Positions 13,974-34,979 of a stretch of DNA of 64,000 nucleotides are shown here, piece after piece; the stretch's first letter is position 1, and each line of letters begins with the position of its first letter. Source of the DNA: Eledone cirrhosa (lineage: Eukaryota). The DNA is taken from assembly GCA_964016885.1 (NCBI GenBank), contig OZ024741.1:310000001-310064000 (forward strand), read 5' to 3'. The notes beneath the pieces were generated by a model. The model worked only from the letters and a program-made list of their open reading frames with translations, did not search any database and had not been told where the DNA came from. Made by a program: the position numbers and the translations under genes.

Positions 13974-14582
13974 GTGGCTGCCAACTCGTTTTCGAGTACG
14001 GCCACTACTTTATATCCATGTAGGAGAACCCCTACCGATGCGCTGAACGAGTGTGACTTTTTAGTCCAGCCAGCGACTTGAAAACTCTGGTACAAACACT
14101 ACACTTGTGACAATTACTGACACATAGTGCTGGGCCCATGGTACCATGTGACGACAAGTGCAGAGAGATCTCCAGATATAAAGCAATGCCTGTGCCGTGA
14201 AGCTTTTATAGTGAGCAAAGGCACTGCACAAAGCCAGTCCCACTCTCTTAACCAAGATGATATTTACCAAAAAGAAGAACAAGTCAACATCATTGGATAC
14301 CATCAGGGTTGCAGGTGTTATATCAGAGTTTTCCTTCTCCTAGAATTCTGCCTTGACAAAGGCTAAGGGGTCATCTCTCCCGGTGATTTTGGATGGCCAT
14401 TGACTCTTAAGAGCTCCTTTGCCCTTTGACAGGTTTTGTTTTTAGTCCTGCAGGATGTCCAAAGTCACCCTCCTCACCAAGAAACCTTGGTGGGGTTGCC
14501 AGTTTAGTCGCCAACGACCCGACCATGGGACAGGTTGTACTGGGATACATGTTACCAGTAGCACCAACTGGTGACCTGACAT
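13974..14582 (-). mobile_element. Non-autonomous bipartite RTE derivative, copy 1 (RTE-type 5' UTR joined to RTE 3' end)
   Basis: Three near-identical copies occur in the window. The 3' part encodes [22 protein letters not shown] (14032-14118), a C2H2 motif typical of RTE ORF C-termini. The 5' part has CTAGGAGAAGGAAAACTCTG, recalled from RTE 5' UTRs. No RT or APE. Confidence 0.75.
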
Positions 14583-14936
14583 AATATATATATACATACA
14601 TATATATATATACATACATATATATATATACATACATATATATATATACATACATATATATATATACATACATATATATATATACATACATATATATATA
14701 TACATACATATATATATATATATACATACATATATATATATACATACATATATATATATATACATACATATACATACATATATATATATATACATACATA
14801 TACATACATATATATATATATACATACATATATATATATATACATACATATACATACATACATATACATACATACATATACATATACATACATATACATA
14901 CATATATATATATATACATACATATATATACATATA

Positions 14937-14974
<38 letters not shown>

Positions 14975-15004
14975 CATATATATACATACATATATATACA
15001 TATA

Positions 15005-15044
<40 letters not shown>

Positions 15045-15267
15045 CATACATATATATACATATATATACATACATATATATATATATACATACATATATA
15101 TACACATACATATATATACATACATATATATACATATACATACATATATATACATATACATATATATACATACATATATATATATATATACATACATATA
15201 TATATATACATACATATATATATATATATACATACATATATATATATATACATACATATATATATAC

Positions 15268-15298
<31 letters not shown>

Positions 15299-15453
15299 CA
15301 TACATACATATATATATATATACATATATATACACATACATATATATATATATATACACACATATATATACATATATATACATATATATATACATACATA
15401 TATATATATATACATACATATATATATATATACATACATATATATATATATAC

Positions 15454-15487
<34 letters not shown>

Positions 15488-15561
15488 ATATATACATACA
15501 TATATATATATATACATACATATATATATATATATACATACATATATATATATATACATAC

Positions 15562-15592
<31 letters not shown>

Positions 15593-15731
15593 CATACATA
15601 TATATATACATATACACATATATATACATATACACATATATATACATATACATATATATACATATACACATATATATATACATATACACATACATATATA
15701 TACATATACACATACATATATATACATATAC

Positions 15732-15793
<62 letters not shown>

Positions 15794-15823
15794 ACATATA
15801 CATATACATATATATACATATAC

Positions 15824-15857
<34 letters not shown>

Positions 15858-16433
15858 ATATATATATATACATACATATATATATATACATATATATATA
15901 CATATACATATATATATATACATACATATATATATATATACATACATATATATATATACATACATATATATATATACATACATATATATATATACATACA
16001 TATATATATATATACATACATATATATATATACATACATATATATATATACATACATATATATATATACATACATATATATATACATATACATATATATA
16101 TACATATACATATATATATACATATACATATATATATACATATACATATATATATACATATACATATATATACATATATATATATATACATATATATACA
16201 TATACATACATATATATATATATACATATATATACATATACATACATATATATATATATACATATATACACACATATATATATATATACATATATACACA
16301 CATATATATATATATACATATATACACACATATATATATATATACATATATACACACATATATATATATACATATATACACACATATATATATATATACA
16401 TATATACACACATATATATATATATACATATAT

Positions 16434-16472
<39 letters not shown>
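14583..16472. repeat. (TA)n/(TACA) array
   Basis: Direct reading. Confidence 0.97.
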
Positions 16473-16474
<2 letters not shown>

Positions 16475-17971
16475 ACTTTGAATAACTTTGAAATGTTTTG
16501 GCCAGTATTGGCCCAGGCCATATCTAACTTAATAGCACCACCTGGCGAAGTCTTTCAATTCAGGATTTGGGCACCATGGCCCATTCGAGAAGAGAATTAC
16601 TGTTTGCGGAGACATATCCGGGTGTGGGTGGTTTGTCCGGGATTACTTGGAGGAATTTGTCCAAAGACTTCTTGAATTTTGTGTGGTCAGTTTCTGTTTT
16701 GACGTGTCCTGGTGTGATGTTGAAGAGAGCAGGGCCGATTGAGGTGAAATAATTGTGCCGTATTGTTGTTATGAGTTGCGATTTAGATTTTTGAATGGGA
16801 CGGATAGCATGGGGCCCAAGCCTTGGGTGTATCTTGAAGGCGATGCCAACATCATTTGGGCAGTGATGATGGAACATTTTCCACATCATGCAGATAATAT
16901 AACGCTCACGGCGACGTTGGAGTGAGTAAAGTTTCAGCTTTTCTAGTCGAGCCCAGTAGTCAAGGTCTGACATGCCATCTATCTTTTTCGTGATTGCCCT
17001 TTGAGGAGCTTCAAGTTTCATGATACTTTGTTTCGTGTGGGGAGACCACAGTGGACAACAGTATTCAAGGTGTGGTCGGGCAAAAGTAGAGAAGAGAAGG
17101 ATAATGGTGTGGGAATCTCTCGACTGGAAGGTTCTGAGGATCCAGGAACACATTCTGCGGACCATGTCAACTTTGCTGCTTATATGCGTGGCCCAGCTTA
17201 TGTTGCTGTCCACGGTTACTCCCAAGTCTCTGATGTTGTTAGATGCCACGAGAGTTTCCCCGGAGGGAAGGGAGTACGGGAGTTTCAGAGCATCCTCTTT
17301 TCCAAAGTGGATCAGTTCGAATTTGTCTTCGTTCAGTAACATGTTGTTCTTTTCCGCCCATTGGGTAACAGCCAGTAGGTCTGACTGAAGGCTTATCCGG
17401 TCATCCACGCCATTGATGACCTTTTGGAGCTTGGAATCATCAGCGAAAATTTTAATGTTGCTGTGTTTGATGATGTCAGTGATGTCATTAATATAGATGA
17501 AGAGAAGTGGGCCCAACACAGTGCCTTGTGGGACCCCACTACTGACTTTGGCTGGGCTGGATTTGACTCCCTCAACTACAACATTTTGGGTTTTATTTGA
17601 CAGGAAGCTCTTGATCCACTGCAGCAGCTTTCCAGTGACACCAATATTGGACAGCTTTCTCAGTAGAATGTTATGATCAACCCTGTCAAAGGCCTTGCTG
17701 AAATCAGGGGAGATAACATCAGTGTTGGAACACTCTCCCAAGGCTCTCAAAATGTCATCAAAGTGATGCAGTAGCTGCGTCAGGCAATCCCTTCCATTAC
17801 GGAATCCATGCTGGTTGGAGTTCAGCATATTGTTACTCTAAAGGAAGTGGGTCATTCGCGATCTCACCACTCTCTCAAATACCTTAATGATATGAGAGGT
17901 GAGTGAGATTGGACGATAATTCACGGCAAGGGATTTGGTTCCCTTTTTGAAAACTGGGACAACAGACTGGG
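16473..17971 (-). mobile_element. CR1/L2-group LINE family a, 5'-truncated copy (RT + 3' UTR)
   Basis: ORF 16560-17828 has [22 protein letters not shown] and RDLG. Nearly identical to 52520-54020; frameshift near 17838; tail (TTCAAAGTTA)2. Confidence 0.95.
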
Positions 17972-21015
<3,044 letters not shown>

Positions 21016-21548
21016 GGTGGCTGCCAACTCGTTTTCGAGTACGGCCACTACTTTATATCCATGTAGGAGAACCCCTACCGAAGCGCTGAACGAGTGTGAC
21101 TTTTTAGTCCAGCCAGCGACTTGAAAACTCTGGTACAAACACTACACTTGTGACAATTATTGACACATAGTGCTGGGCCCATGGTACCATGTGAGGACAA
21201 GTGCAGAGAGATCTCCAGATATAAAGCAATGCCTGTGCCGTGAAGCTTTTATAGTGAGCAAAGGCACTGCACAAAGCCAGGTGTTATATCAGAGTTTTCC
21301 TTCTCCTAGAATTCTGCCTTGACAAAGGCTAAGGGGTCATCTCTCCCGGTGATTTTGGATGGCCATTGACTCTTAAGAGCTCCTTTGCACTTTGACAGGT
21401 TTTCTTTTTAGTCCTGCAGGATGTCCAAAGTCACCCTCCTCACCAAGAAACCTTGGTGGGGTTGCAAGTTTAGTCGCCAACGACCCGACCATGAGACAGG
21501 TTGTACTGGGATACATGTTACCAGTAGCACCAACTGGTGACCTGACAT
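21016..21548 (-). mobile_element. Bipartite RTE derivative, copy 2 (internal ~75-bp deletion at 21280)
   Basis: Matches copy 1 except that AAAGCCAG joins directly to GTGTTATATC (CAG microhomology). Confidence 0.8.
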
Positions 21549-22501
21549 ACATATATATATATATATACATACATATATACACACATACATACATACACAT
21601 ATACATACATATATATACACATACATACATACATACATATATAAAAACATACATATACATACATATATACGTATGCATACATATATATATATATATATGT
21701 ACATATATATATACATGTAGATACATATATATATATATATATGTACATATATATATACATGTAGATACATATATATATATATATACATATATACATATAC
21801 ATGTAGATACATATATATATATATATACATATATACATATACATACATATATATATATATATATACATATATACATATACATACATATATACATGTACAT
21901 ACATATATATATATATATACATATATACATATACATACATATATATATATATATACATATACATACATATATATACATATATATATATATATACATATAC
22001 ATACATATATATATACATATACATACATATATATATACATATACATACATATATATATATACATATACATACATATATATATACATATACATACATATAT
22101 ATATATACATATACATACATATATATATATATATACATATACATACATATATATATATATACATATACATACATATATATATATACATATACATACATAT
22201 ATATATATATACATATACATACATATATATATATATACATATACATACATATATATATATATATACATATACATACATATATATATATATACATATACAT
22301 ACATATATATATATATACATATACATACATATATATATATATATATATACATATACATACATATATATATATATATATATACATATACATACATATATAT
22401 ATATATATATACATATACATACATATATATATATACATATACATACATATATATATATACACATACATTTCATTTTTCATCATACATATGTATATATATA
22501 T

Positions 22502-22558
<57 letters not shown>

Positions 22559-22624
22559 CATATATATATACAAAACATATATATACAAAACATATATATA
22601 CATACATATATATGTATATACATA
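21549..22624. repeat. (TA)n/(TACA) array
   Basis: Direct reading. Confidence 0.97.
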
Positions 22625-22848
22625 CATCATCATCATCGTTTAACGTCCGTGTTCCACGCTTGCATAGGTTTGGACGGGAGTTTTCCCACTTGAGGCAAGA
22701 GTGATTGTCTTGCTCGCATAGGACTGTCTGGCGGGTTTTCTACAGTTGGATGCCCTTCGTAACACCAACCACATTTACAGTGTGGGACTGGGAGGTTTTT
22801 ACTGTGTTGCCTACACGGCCACATTACAGCGTGGACTGTGGTTTTTTT
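22625..22848 (-). mobile_element. RTE family B 3' UTR tip with (GAT)n tail
   Basis: Matches the first ~220 bp of 54211-54440. Confidence 0.9.
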
Positions 22849-25245
<2,397 letters not shown>

Positions 25246-25703
25246 GGTGGCTGCCAACTCGTTTTCGAGTACGGCCACTACTTTATATCCATGTAGCAGA
25301 ACCCCTACCGATGCGCTGAACGAGTGTGACATTTTAATCCAGCCAGCGACTTGAAAACTCTGGGACAAACACTACACCTGTGACAATTATTGACACATAG
25401 TGCTGGGCCCATGGTACCATGTGAGGACAAGTGCAGAGAGATCTCCAGATATAAAGCAATGCCTGTGCCGTGAAGCTTTTATAGTGAACAAAGGCACTGC
25501 ACGAAGCCAGTCCCACTCTCTTAACCAAGATGATATTTACCAAAAAGAAGAACAATTCAACATCATTGGATACCATCAGAGTTGCAGGTGTTATATCAAA
25601 GGAGCTCTTAAGAGTCAATGGCCATCCAAAATCACTGGGAGAGATGACCCCTTAGCCTTTGTCAAGGCAGAATTCTAGGAGAAGGAAAACTCTGATATAA
25701 CAC
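25246..25703 (-). mobile_element. Bipartite RTE derivative, copy 3 (5'-truncated with inverted 5' segment 25597-25703)
   Basis: 25246-25598 is colinear with copy 1; 25597-25703 is the reverse complement of 14315-14421. Confidence 0.85.
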
Positions 25704-25861
25704 ATATATATATACATACATATATAAATACATATATACATACATATATACATATACATATATACATACACATACATACATATATACATACATATATATA
25801 TATATATACATATACATACACATATATATACATATATATATACATATATATATATATACAT

Positions 25862-26530
25862 ATATTCTCTTTTACCTGTTTCAGCCATCCGGCTGAGGCC
25901 ATGCTGGGGCACCGCCCTTGTTGCTACACATTTTATCTCCAGCCTGTATAGGTTGGCCACTGGTGTAGGAGGGAGTTTGTTGCTGCTGCCCTTAGGTTTC
26001 CCTCGTGTCTTGCTGTGGGCTCATCCGGGATTCTGGATAACAAGGTGTTGAGATGTTTCTTAAAGACATCCACCTCCACGTCATGCAAGTCTCGCAGATG
26101 CCTCGGCAGCCTGTTGAAGAGTTGAGGGCCCTTGAATCCCAGGCTATTGCAATACCTGCTCCTTATTCTAGATGTGGAAGACGGGACCTTTGGCACCACA
26201 CAGTGACGTCCTGTTCGACGGTTGGTCCAGCTCCCAATGCCAAAGTTTGGTGCTAGTCCCTCCAGGATTTTCCACATGTAGATCACTGCGTATCTCTCCC
26301 GTCTTCGCTCCAAGGAGTAGAGGTTCAGTTCCTTCAGCCTCTCCCAATAGTTTGTCTCCCTCATCTTGGCAATCCTCTTGGTGTAGCTTCGCTGGATTGC
26401 CTCAAGCTCTGTGGTTAGTTTGACACTATGGGGTGACCACAGCTGGGAGCAGTAGTCCAGGCGGCTTAGGACAAAAGTCCTCCACAGTGTCAACATGGTG
26501 TCTCGATCTCTTGTAAGGAAAGTCCTCAAG
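25862..26530 (-). mobile_element. CR1/L2-group LINE family b, 3' end
   Basis: LRTF...[15 protein letters not shown]...[20 protein letters not shown]; the 3' UTR CCCCAGCATGGCC...GGCTGAAACAGGTAAAAGAG runs into (AT)n. Confidence 0.9.
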
Positions 26531-28918
<2,388 letters not shown>

Positions 28919-29118
28919 NNNNNNNNNNNNNNNNNNNNNNNNNNNNNNNNNNNNNNNNNNNNNNNNNNNNNNNNNNNNNNNNNNNNNNNNNNNNNNNNNN
29001 NNNNNNNNNNNNNNNNNNNNNNNNNNNNNNNNNNNNNNNNNNNNNNNNNNNNNNNNNNNNNNNNNNNNNNNNNNNNNNNNNNNNNNNNNNNNNNNNNNNN
29101 NNNNNNNNNNNNNNNNNN
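28919..29118. other. Assembly gap (200 N)
   Basis: Run of n; the round length suggests a scaffolding spacer. Confidence 0.99.
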
Positions 29119-29252
29119 ATATATAATATACTAGTATATATATATATATATTATATAAGTATATATATATATATATATATAAGTATATATTATATATATA
29201 TATATAAGTATATATATATATATATATGAAGTATATTATAATATATATAATA

Positions 29253-29292
<40 letters not shown>

Positions 29293-29308
29293 TATAGTAT
29301 ATATATAA

Positions 29309-29347
<39 letters not shown>

Positions 29348-29491
29348 TATATATATATATATATAAGTATATATATATATATATATAAGTATATATATAT
29401 ATATATATATATATAAGTATATATATATATATATATATATAAGTATATATATATATATATATATATAGTATATATATATATATATATATAA

Positions 29492-29529
<38 letters not shown>

Positions 29530-29964
29530 TATATATATATATAGTATATATATATATATATATAGTATATATATATATAGTATATATATATATAGTATAT
29601 ATATATATAGTATATATATAGGTATATATATATATATAGGTATATATATAGGTATATATATATATATAGTGTATATATATATATATATATAGGTATATAT
29701 ATATATATAGGTAGTATATATATATATATATATAGGTATATATATATATATATATAGGTGTATATATATATAGGTATATATATATATATATAGGTGTATA
29801 TATATATAGGTTATATATATATAGGTATATATATATATAGGTTATATATATATAGGTATATATATATATAGGTGTATATATATAGGTATATATATATATA
29901 GGTATATATATATATATAGTATATATATATATAGGTATATATATATAGGTATATATATATATAT

Positions 29965-29999
<35 letters not shown>

Positions 30000-30400
30000 T
30001 ATATATATATAGGTATATATATATATAGGTATATATATATAGGTATATAGGTATATATATAGGTATATATATAGGTATATATATATATATATATATATAG
30101 TATATATATATATATAGGTATATATATAGGTATATAGGTATATATATAGGTATATAGGTATATATATAGGTATATATATATATATAGGTATATATATATA
30201 TATATAGGTATATATATATATATATAGGTATATATATATATATATAGGTATATATATATATATATAGGTATATATATATATATATAGGTATATATATACA
30301 TATATAGGTATATATACATATATAGGTATATAATATATAGGTATATATATATAGGTATATATATATATATATATATATAGGTATATATATATATATATAG

Positions 30401-30431
<31 letters not shown>

Positions 30432-30449
30432 GGTATATATATATATATA
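29119..30449. repeat. (TA)n array with AAGT / AGT / AGGT interruptions
   Basis: Direct reading. Confidence 0.97.
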
Positions 30450-32993
30450 AAAGATATTTTATATAAAGATATTTTACTCAACGCCTACGACAGTAAAGAA
30501 GAACAGATAGAGACATTTAACGTAGAAGAGAACTGGGAGTTCCTAAAAAATAACTTACTAGAGGCGACGGATGAGGTTTGTGGCTGGAGTAAGACCTCAA
30601 GCAGGAGGAGAGTGACTTGGTGGTGGAACAATAAGGTAGATGAAGCAGTCAAGGCCAAGAGACAGGCATGGAAAGAATGGAAGAACGGGGGGAGCAGGGT
30701 ACATTACATAGAGACCAAGAGGGAAGCTAGGCGACAAGTATACTTAGCTAGGAGGGAAGCAGAGGATAGAAAATTCAAGCATGTTTTACAACGTGAGGAC
30801 CAGAAACAGGAGGTATTCAAGATTGCGAGGCAGTGTGTCAGAGATAGTTGTGATGTCATTGGAGAGAAGTGTATCAGGAATGATAAAGGTGAGCTTGCCC
30901 TCACAAGTGCTGAGAAGAAAGATGCATGGAAGAGTCATTATGATAGATTACTAAATGAGGAGAATGCATGGGAAGAAGAGACCCTACCCCACGTAGACCC
31001 TATAGAGGGACCAGCAGTACAAGTCAGCGGCAGCGTAGTAAGTAAGGCAATCAGAGATATGAAGATAGGGAAGGCAACCGGTCCACCGGGTATAGCTGCC
31101 GAGATGCTGAAGGCATCTGGGTCTGTAGGTCACACTATAACCACACGTATCGTTAACCAGGTAATACTAGAGGGGGCCATACCAAAAGATTGGTGCAGTA
31201 GCATCATTGTCAACTGCTACAAAGGTAAAGGCGATGCACTAGATAGAGGAAACTATAGAGGTATAAAGTTGATGGACCAGGTCATGAAAGTAACAGAAAG
31301 AGTTATAGCACAGCTGATTAGGGACCGGGTGAATATAGACGAGATGCAATTTGGGTTTGTTCCAGGGAAAGGCACCACTGATGCGCTCTTCCTTGTGAGG
31401 CAATTACAGGAAAAGTACCTAGCTAAAAGTAAGCCACTCTACTTGGCATTTGTCGACCTTGAGAAAGCCTTTGACAGAGTTCCACGTGCAGTAATCTGGT
31501 GGGCTCTTAGAAAACTAGGAGTAGATGAATGGCTTGTGAAAGCGGTACAAGCCATGTATAGGGGAGCAGTCAGCAAAGTTAGGATTGGCAATGAGTATAG
31601 CGAGGAATTTAGCGTACAGGTTGGGGTCCACCAGGGCTCTGTTCTTAGCCCTCTCCTGTTCATCATAGTCCTGCAGGCAATAACGGAGGAGTTTAAGACC
31701 GGATGCCCATGGGAACTCCTGTATGCTGATGACCTCGCACTCATAGCTGAATCTATGGTAGAACTAGAGAATAAATTCCAAACCTGGAAGCAGGGACTAG
31801 AGAGAAAGGGCCTCAAAGTCAACATGACAAAGACTAAGGTCCTTATAAGTAGACGAGAAAACAGAACCCAGATCCCCTCAGGGAAATGGCCTTGCTCAGT
31901 ATGTAGGAAAGGTGTAGGTAGGAACTCCATTCTCTGCCCCAAATGCAAACAATGGGTACACAAGAGATGTAGCGGGATCTCAGGAAGCTTAATTAAGAAT
32001 GTAGGATTCACATGCAGCAGCTGTGCTGAAACAGCAAGCAAACAGCCACAGGAAACAAGTACCACCAATCTCTGGGAGGGCCCTGTAGAAACAGTAGACA
32101 GCTTCTGCTACCTAGGTGACCGAATTAGCAACGGAGGTGGGTGCTCAGAAAGTACAATAACTAGGGTAAGAACGGGATGGAAGAAGTTTAGGGAACGACT
32201 ACCACTGCTAGCTGCAAAAGGCTTCTCCCTCAGAATGAAAGGCAGACTGTATGATGCGTGTATCCGAACAGCGATGTTGCATGGTAGTGAGACCTGGGCG
32301 CTGAAGGTGGAAGACTTACGTAGATTAGAGAGAAACGAAGCCTGCATGCTCCGATGGATGTGTAACAGTAATATACGTGAACGACAAAGCATAAATGAAT
32401 TGAGAGAGAGACTGAGCATAAGAGGAATCAAATGCTGCGTGCAGGAGAGGCGGTTACGCTGGTATGGACATGTGATGCGTATGAAGGATGACAGCTGCAT
32501 AAAAAGGTGCAGAGCACTAGAAGTTGATGGAAACCGCGGAGTGGGGAGACCCAAGATGACTTGGGATGAGGTGATAAAAGCCGACCTTACCCAACTACAC
32601 CTCTCAAAGCCAATGACACACGACCGTGACTTCTGGCGTCACGCAGTAATACAGGGTACCCGACCTCCCATGGGTACATGCTGAAGCATATAAACAATAT
32701 GCCCCCCCCCCCCCACCACCGCAAGGTGGTCGTGGAGGCGCCACGGCAAAAAAGCACCCAGCCCACACTGTAAAGTGGACGTGTAGGCGCCACGAAAAAG
32801 CACCCAGCACTCACTGTAAATGAGGTTGGTGTTAGGAAGGGCATCCAGCTGTAGAAATCAAGCCAGATCAGTTCCTGTATGAGCAAGGCATGGCCAGCCG
32901 ACCAGACACTGCCCACAACAGGACAACCCGTCTAACCCATGCTAGCGTGGAAGAACGGACGTAAAACGGTGATGATGATGATGATGATGATGA

Positions 32994-32996
<3 letters not shown>
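30450..32996 (+). mobile_element. RTE-clade LINE family A, 5'-truncated (no APE), (GAT)n tail
   Basis: RT motifs NYRGIKL, QFGF, FVDLEKAFD, GVHQGSVLSP, YADD and FCYLG; 3' UTR 32685-32969; (GAT)n at ~32970-32996. Confidence 0.95.
30612..32684 (+). CDS. RTE reverse transcriptase (partial, 690 aa) with internal PHD-type finger
   Basis: Uninterrupted frame; the GTG start is only an ORF-caller start inside a 5'-truncated ORF. Confidence 0.85.
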   Translation: MTWWWNNKVDEAVKAKRQAWKEWKNGGSRVHYIETKREARRQVYLARREAEDRKFKHVLQREDQKQEVFKIARQCVRDSCDVIGEKCIRNDKGELALTSAEKKDAWKSHYDRLLNEENAWEEETLPHVDPIEGPAVQVSGSVVSKAIRDMKIGKATGPPGIAAEMLKASGSVGHTITTRIVNQVILEGAIPKDWCSSIIVNCYKGKGDALDRGNYRGIKLMDQVMKVTERVIAQLIRDRVNIDEMQFGFVPGKGTTDALFLVRQLQEKYLAKSKPLYLAFVDLEKAFDRVPRAVIWWALRKLGVDEWLVKAVQAMYRGAVSKVRIGNEYSEEFSVQVGVHQGSVLSPLLFIIVLQAITEEFKTGCPWELLYADDLALIAESMVELENKFQTWKQGLERKGLKVNMTKTKVLISRRENRTQIPSGKWPCSVCRKGVGRNSILCPKCKQWVHKRCSGISGSLIKNVGFTCSSCAETASKQPQETSTTNLWEGPVETVDSFCYLGDRISNGGGCSESTITRVRTGWKKFRERLPLLAAKGFSLRMKGRLYDACIRTAMLHGSETWALKVEDLRRLERNEACMLRWMCNSNIRERQSINELRERLSIRGIKCCVQERRLRWYGHVMRMKDDSCIKRCRALEVDGNRGVGRPKMTWDEVIKADLTQLHLSKPMTHDRDFWRHAVIQGTRPPMGTC

Positions 32997-33034
<38 letters not shown>

Positions 33035-33626
33035 TATATATATATATATATAGGTATATATATACCTATATATATATATACCTATATATATATATACCTA
33101 TATATATATATAGGTATATATATACCTATATATATATATACCTATATATATATATATATATATACCTATATATATACCTATATATATATATATATAGGTA
33201 TATATATAGGTATATATATATATATATATATAGGTATATATATATATATATATATAGGTATATATATATATATATATATAGGTATATATATATATATATA
33301 TAGGTATATATATATATATTGAAACAAAATGAAAACGAAATTTCATTTCTCACTCTTAGTATGGCACTTACTTAAATGTAAGTATGCATGTATACGTACA
33401 TACATATATGTATACAGACGTACAGTAGCATGCACATATATATATATATATATATACATATATATATACATATGCATACAGGTACACATACATATATGCA
33501 CGTATCAGTTTAGCGGCGCTTATTATAACGTCGCTTTGTTCGTTTGTAAACAAACTGAACAGCCTGAATTTATGCCATACGGTGTTAAGGCAACCACGTC
33601 ACCTTTTTGTTCAACACTGACACAGG

Positions 33627-33671
33627 AACGATGTACTAGTTTCAAGCTTGTTAGCTATCATCAGCACCGTT
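33627..33671 (-). ncRNA. Minimal type I hammerhead ribozyme
   Basis: Exact reverse complement of 34449-34493. Confidence 0.85.
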
Positions 33672-34448
33672 TACCCATCTGCCAGATAGTTGAACGTTCG
33701 AAAGTATATACTTTCCTTATGAAAATTAACGGCTGAGCAACCTAATTTGCATATTTTGTGAGTTAAATCGGTCAGGCATACCGAAAACGATAAATTGAAA
33801 CAAAATGAAAACGAAATTTCATTTCTCACTCTTAGTATGGCACTTACTTAAATGTAAGTATGCATGTATACGTACATACATATATGTATACAGACGTACA
33901 GTAGCATGCACATATATATATATATATATATACATACATATATACATACATATGCCTACAGGTACACATACATATATGCACGTATCAGTTTAGCGGCGCT
34001 TATTATAACGTCGCTTTGTTCGTTTGTAAACAAGCTGAACAGCCTGAATTTATGCCATACGGTGTTAAGGCAACCACGTCACCTTTTTATTCAACACTGA
34101 CACAGGAACGATGTACTAATAAGCGCCGCTAAACTGATACGTGCATATATGTATGTGTACCTGTATGCATATGTATATATGTATGTATATATATATATAT
34201 ATATATATGTGCATGCTACTGTACGTCTGTATACATATATGTATGTACGTATACATGCATGCTTACATTTAAGTAAGTGCCATACTAAGAGTGAGAAATG
34301 AAATTTCGTTTTCATTTTGTTTCAATTTATCGTTTTCGGTATGCCTGACCGATTTAACTCACTCAATATGCAAATTAGGCTGCTCAGCCGTTAATTTTCA
34401 TAAGGAAAGTATATACTTTCGAACGTTCAACTATCTGGCAGATGGGTA

Positions 34449-34493
34449 AACGGTGCTGATGATAGCTAACAAGCTTGAAACTAGTACATCGTT
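34449..34493 (+). ncRNA. Minimal type I hammerhead ribozyme
   Basis: AACGGTG-CTGATGA-T.AGCT(AACA)AGCT.T-GAAA-CTAG-TA^CATCGTT: 7-bp stem I, both conserved core boxes, 4-bp stem II, palindromic ACTAGT stem III and a GUA cleavage triplet. Confidence 0.88.
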
Positions 34494-34740
34494 CCTGTGT
34501 CAGTGTTGAACAAAAAGGTGACGTGGTTGCCTTAACACCGTATGGCATAAATTCAGGCTGTTCAGTTTGTTTACAAACGAACAAAGCGACGTTATAATAA
34601 GCGCCGCTAAACTGATACGTGCATATATGTATGTGTACCTGTATGCATATGTATATATATATGTATATATATATATATGTGCATGCTACTGTACGTCTGT
34701 ATACATATATGTATGTACGTATACATGCATACTTACATTT

Positions 34741-34856
34741 ATATATATATATATATAGGTATATATATATATATATATATATATAGGTATATATATATAT
34801 ATATATATAGGTATATATATATATATATAGGTATATATATATATATATATATATAT

Positions 34857-34921
<65 letters not shown>

Positions 34922-34942
34922 TATATATATATATATATATAT

Positions 34943-34979
<37 letters not shown>

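Larger units (their letters stand above)
33320..34740. mobile_element. Hammerhead-containing non-coding repeat (~477-bp unit): ~1.7 units on - (33320-34118) joined head-to-head to ~1.3 units on + (34117-34740); retrozyme or Penelope pLTR-like
   Basis: GAAACAAAATG at 33321 and 33797 (period 476); TAATAAGCGCC at 34117 and 34595 (period 478); the right half is the reverse complement of the left. Confidence 0.85.

Noticed and set aside
14465-14582. Definite HDV-like ribozyme call
   Set aside because: Helices are present but P1/P3/P1.1 could not be assigned by eye; left as a test in the findings.
33329-34315. Repeated [21 protein letters not shown]...
   Set aside because: It lies antisense to the hammerhead strand, its frame changes with internal microsatellite length between copies, and it has no recognisable domain.
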